From the NCBI RefSeq assembly GCF_009914755.1, contig NC_060931.1: a DNA stretch of 64,000 nucleotides; one strand, given 5' to 3'. Shown piece after piece: positions 57,301-64,000 of the stretch. The notes below the pieces were generated by a model. It saw nothing but the letters and a program-made list of their open reading frames with translations. It searched no databases and was not told where the DNA came from. The position numbers and the translations under genes are program-made. This DNA is from the human T2T-CHM13v2.0 reference genome, Homo sapiens. How positions within the stretch are numbered: the stretch's first letter is position 1; the number at the start of each line of letters is the position of its first letter.

Positions 57301-57901
57301 GGTGAACTTTCTCCATTTGATGGGATAGATGGAAGAAAATAAAGCAGGTAGCAACAATAGATGAATGGAAATGATGCTCGGGAAAGTCTGAATCACCACC
57401 TTGCATGACACATTTAAGCAAAGACAACACACAGCTGATGACAGTAGTCCACTCTCAAGTCTTGCTGTATGACTTGTTTCAGAATCTTAAAGTTATAATG
57501 GTCTTGATAACTACATTTTTGTGACAGATATACAGCTAAGAGATATGCAACGACGTGAATGAATAACTATAGTATTTATTCCATTTCTTAGGTCTTTTTC
57601 ATCCTTGAGTACCTATAAGCAGAAGTATTTGCAGGTTTTTATAAAAGTAGATATTAATCTAGGCCATTTGATGTGGCACATCTGACATGTGTATTGTCTG
57701 ATGGAAAAGAACAGTGATTGCTTAGAATTTTTTTTATGTTGTTCTACAATTAAGTTAGAAAGATATAATAACCGTATCAAGTACAGTGTTCCAAATACTT
57801 CCGATTATTCTACAATGCTCAATTTCTGTTTTTTGGTTCAGAGAATCCTGTTATGTTCATTAGTATTCTAAATTAATTTGATTTTTTTTTGCATTCTTTA
57901 A

Positions 57902-58222
<321 letters not shown>

Positions 58223-59221
58223 CAGTATCTTGCCTTTCTTTCAAGAAAGTGAATGCAATGAAAATAATATCTACATGTTATATGACATCGGTAGAAGATT
58301 TTATGGATTTTTTGGGGGAGTGCTCATCATTAAAAAACAAGCTTAGACCAGAGAATGCAAATCCTATTTTGATAATATGTGATTACTTGTCTGCTGTTTT
58401 GCATGCTGTATTTGAGCTACTTGAATTGTAGGTAAAATTGCATCCTCTGTATTGAATTACTTCTTGTATTTTACAACTACTACATCCTGCTTTGTGTTTT
58501 TCTCATTTTAGTGCTTCTCTAAAACAAAAGATTGCAATACTGTTTTCAGAAATAATAGTTGCTTTTCACTGCACATGTATCCACTTATTTGTAAGTGGTT
58601 TAAGACAGCTGTTCATTGATTTTTTTTAATCTTTGCACATATTCCATTTCCTACTCATAGTCTGGCTCAGAAAATATCTACTGGGCATAATACTTCAAAA
58701 TAAATTTCTGGCTACATAGGTTTTTTTAAACTCTTGTCAGTGAACTTATGAGGATTTTGTTCATTTTCTAATTATTCTATAGATGCACTGTCATGACAGT
58801 TTTCTTCTTATATATAGGATTTGGTAGCTGGTAACCTTTTTGTAATTCAGATAGAAATTGAGCAGGTCTGTGCTTTTTAAGAAATATGTTTGTTTAGATG
58901 TGTGGGTTCTTCCCATTTTTTTGTAGTAGTCACCCAGGAGATATTAGATAAACCAGAGTTAATAATGAAGGTGGACTTGAACCATCTAGGCTCAAAAAAT
59001 TGTATGCCTGGACCATAGTCTCCCAGCTGTGGGCTTACATTTTATATATGTATCTTGCATGTTTTCATTTACTCTCGCTCTTTGTTCTGGTTTGACTGGT
59101 AGTCTTTCTTCTGGATACATCTATAGGGTAGAGTAGGATGCTGCACCAACTGTGCTCCCATGGTAGTGGTGGATTCCATTTGCTGAGTCTGAATGATCTT
59201 GCATCCTTGCTTTGTTGCCAG

Positions 59222-59312
59222 GTTTGCCAAAGAGCGCAGGCTGAGAATATGGAGAGACTATGTGGCTCCCACAGCTAATTTGGACCAAAAGGACAAGCAG
59301 TTTGTTGCCAAG
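59222..59312 (+). CDS. SND1: SND1 exon 9 ([13 protein letters not shown]...QFVAK), 91 nt; CDS continues beyond the window
   Basis: ttgttgccag|G; AAG|gtgagt; cumulative 1038 nt, in frame. Confidence 0.98.
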
Positions 59313-59429
59313 GTGAGTCATTCTCAGCATCTTGATATGCATAGTGGACATTGCCAGGCGAGTAATAATACAAGAATTTGAACAATTAGAAATGCTGAAG
59401 CTCTTGAAAATTTCAAGGCAAGCCAGTAG

Positions 59430-59431
<2 letters not shown>

Positions 59432-59475
<44 letters not shown>
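59432..59475 (+). repeat. (GT)22 microsatellite
   Basis: Direct count. Confidence 0.95.
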
Positions 59476-59477
<2 letters not shown>

Positions 59478-59627
59478 ATTGTAGGGGGTTTAGAAACCAT
59501 TAGACTATTTAAATTTCTTTGTAAATTAGCTAACTTCAAACTAGCTTGAAATATCTCTCATAGTTTAGGACTTCTTTTTTATCTGCCTAGCAAATAGCAT
59601 TATCTTAAGATTTCCTATGTCCAAGTA

Positions 59628-60208
59628 TAGATGGTCCCTGACTTATGCTGGGTCGACTTAAGATATTTTGACTTTACAGTGGTGTGAAAGCAATAGATAC
59701 TCAGTAGGAACCACATTTGGAGTATCCATACAGCCATTCTGTTTATCACTTTTGGTCTAGTATTCAGTAAATTAATTAAATGAGATATTCAACACTTTAT
59801 TATAAAACAGGCTTTGTGTTAGATTATTTTGCCCAATTGTAGACTTATGTAAGTGTTCCAAATGTGTTTAAGGTAGGTTAGGCCAAGCTATGATGTTTGG
59901 TAGGTTAGGTAAACTAACCTAAGCAAAAGTAGGCTACCTAACCTAAGGTAGGTTAGGCCAAGCTGTGATGTTTGGTAGGTTGTATTAAGTGCCCTTCTTT
60001 CCTTCCTTCCTTTCTCCCTCCCTCCCTTCCTTCCTTTCTTCCTTCCTTCCTTCTTCCCTTCCTCCCTTCCTCCCTTCCTGCCTTCCTCCCTCCCTTCCTC
60101 CCTTCCTTCCTGGCTGAAGAGAGATAAATGCATTTTCAACTTACAGCATTTTCAGCTTATGATGGGTTTATCAGGAGTTAACCCTGGTGCAAATCAAGGA
60201 GCACCTAT
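59628..60208. mobile_element. MER47A-type Tigger element containing an internal duplication and a (CCTT)n tract (~59993-60111)
   Basis: agatggtccctgactta...aacactttattataaaa...caaggagcacct termini. Confidence 0.78.
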
Positions 60209-60575
60209 AAATATATGACCTCAAGTTTCTCTTCTTTCTGTTTTGGAGCTCTTGGTTCCCCGCCCCACCGCCCCGAGAGTTTTCCATTGATATGTCTTGG
60301 GATAGACTACTTTGAAGGGAACTAGAGCTATTATCCTTGGTGGTATCAGCAGTGCTATAAAAATGTTTTTTCTTAGTTGCATGGTTTTGTAACTTGAGTA
60401 GTAGACCTGCTCTCTGTGTCTTCCCAAAATGCTGTAATGTTTTCCAGCCTATTTTTACTTTTGCCAAGAGATGCTAGAAGTTTTGTTTTTATGGGCTAAA
60501 AGTGGTTAAGTGCCAAATTCTTGGACTGAGAGGTTCTGTCTCCCTGTCAACTAACCATGAGTTTAGGATGGAAAG

Positions 60576-60589
60576 CCACTAGGTGGCAC
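60576..60589 (+). promoter_or_regulatory. Consensus CTCF motif in intron 9
   Basis: CCACTAGGTGGCAC fits CCASYAGRKGGCRS at every position. Confidence 0.65.
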
Positions 60590-61696
60590 TGTGAGCCTGA
60601 GAAAGTCTGTCTTTTAAGCAACCTCTGAGGAACTGGCTAAATTTCTTCACTCTCTTTTTTATGATGCCCAAAGTAATAGGTCACAGAGTGGTCTAGTGGC
60701 CTCTTTCCCTCTTTTTGTAGGTGATGTCCAGGCAGCTGTGAGGTGAGCCAAAATCATTCCTTTTGGTAGGCATGAGTGGGACTTGCACCTGTTGGGATAT
60801 CCTGGCATCCTCCAGGTCTTGTTGCAGACCACAATGTCCCTTCTTTGTGAGGCGTGTACGTGTGTGGACACTTGGACATGGCTTGCTCTGCCTACTTGGA
60901 ACTCACTCAGTTGTGCTTATGCTTCCCGTAGTTAGCATAGCTGTGTTAACATAGCTACAGAATGAAAGGATGATTTTTCACCCAAAAAGGGAGGCAGGCC
61001 TTCAATTTTTCGCCATCTTCACTTTGAGAGTCTGTGACATTAGTGATGTAGATGAGGCATGTGAGGATCTTAGTACCCTGTCGTGTTCCTACCAGCCTGT
61101 CCTCTATTAAAACTGAGTTTGTAGAAAAACCTAGAATATTTTGAAGAGTTTTGGGCCTTGGCTGGTTGGGGAGTTAACTAAAGCACTGCATAAGAACAAA
61201 ATTCAAAGGATTTAGATTATTGAGCTTTGCATTTATCTTAAATATGACTTTGTTGGTAATTAGAAAAGGGAGACCTACCTGTAGAAGAATTTTTTCCATT
61301 TTCAAAAATCTAGGATCCTAGGATCTGTTTTTTCTTTAAAAGAGAGCGAGGCTTTTATCATGACAATGAAGTTTTATTCATTACAGTGCCAAAGTAGAGG
61401 AGATTGCCTCTAGAAATCATCTGATGGAGAATTATGAGGAATAACCAATCTTCTGTAGAAATTGAAACATAAATTGAGACTGTTTGGGTACACGTCCGCT
61501 TAGAGGGTAGAGAGAAATGGGAAAAGAGTTTTTAAAACTTGACTTTTAAAAATTCTTTAGCATTCGTTTTGCTTTTAAAACAGGAAAAAAACATAAAGAA
61601 GATAAGCATAAATACCCATAGTACATGAAACACTATGACTTGGCCTTGTTTTGTAATTTTTTTTTTTTTTAACAAAGTTGATCATAGTGTCTGTCT

Positions 61697-62010
61697 CAGG
61701 GTTGGCAAACTATGGCCCATGGGCTGAATTTGGCTGGGCACTTGTTTTTGCATGATCTGTGGATTTTACACTGAAAAAAATGGATTTTGCGTTAATAAAA
61801 AATATATCGTGGCATGTGAAAATTATGTGAAATTAAATGTCAGTATCGTAAATAAATTGGAACATAGCTATATGTGTTCGCTTGTGTATTGTGTGTGTCT
61901 GTTCTTGTGCTATAATGGCAGAGGTGAGTAGTTGTGATAGAAACTGCGTGGCCTGCAAAGCCTAAAATATTTGTTATCTGGCTTTTTACTTAATAGTTTG
62001 ATGATCTCTG
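61697..62010. mobile_element. MER58-type hAT-Charlie element
   Basis: cagggttggcaaactatggccc...gcctaaaatattt... Confidence 0.75.
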
Positions 62011-62229
62011 ATCTATACCAGTCCTACTCAAAATGCCTTGATAAAGTGACATAAGGAGCTTGGGCCAGAATGTAAATCAAGGCATTACTTCCTTCATCAA
62101 GAAAAGCTTACTACAAAAAAAAAAAAAAAAGTCAGCAATGTTCTTAGTGATGTAGTTGATTAATGTTCTAGTACAAGTTCCTTATCTTACTGCAGACTGG
62201 CAGCCACTTTGAATAGCACTGATCTGTAC

Positions 62230-64000
<1,771 letters not shown>

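Overview
Primate (very likely human) genomic DNA holding the 5' part of SND1 (Tudor-SN/p100) on the + strand. It contains a CpG-island, TATA-less promoter (~3.0-4.4 kb) and coding exons 1-9 (ATG at 4057). These give 1038 nt = 346 codons (SN1, SN2 and the start of SN3), all with GT-AG boundaries that join in one continuous frame; the gene continues beyond the window. The rest is intronic/upstream sequence dense in Alu, L1, L2, MIR, DNA-transposon and LTR relics, plus a Y1-RNA retrocopy. Almost all ORFs in the track are repeat-derived or chance. I found no new multi-gene system. The best leads are small cis-level structures: a 73-bp collapsed MER11 LTR with both termini and a perfect 6-bp TSD; a full MER11 solo LTR; a candidate 22-nt poison/recursive microexon next to a consensus CTCF site in intron 9; tightly inverted Alu pairs, including one that could circularise exon 2 into a stop-free AUG-containing frame; a fold-back pre-miRNA-sized hairpin; and an open in-frame 5' extension. 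Repeat subfamily names come from recalled consensus sequences and repeat boundaries are approximate unless TSDs are quoted.
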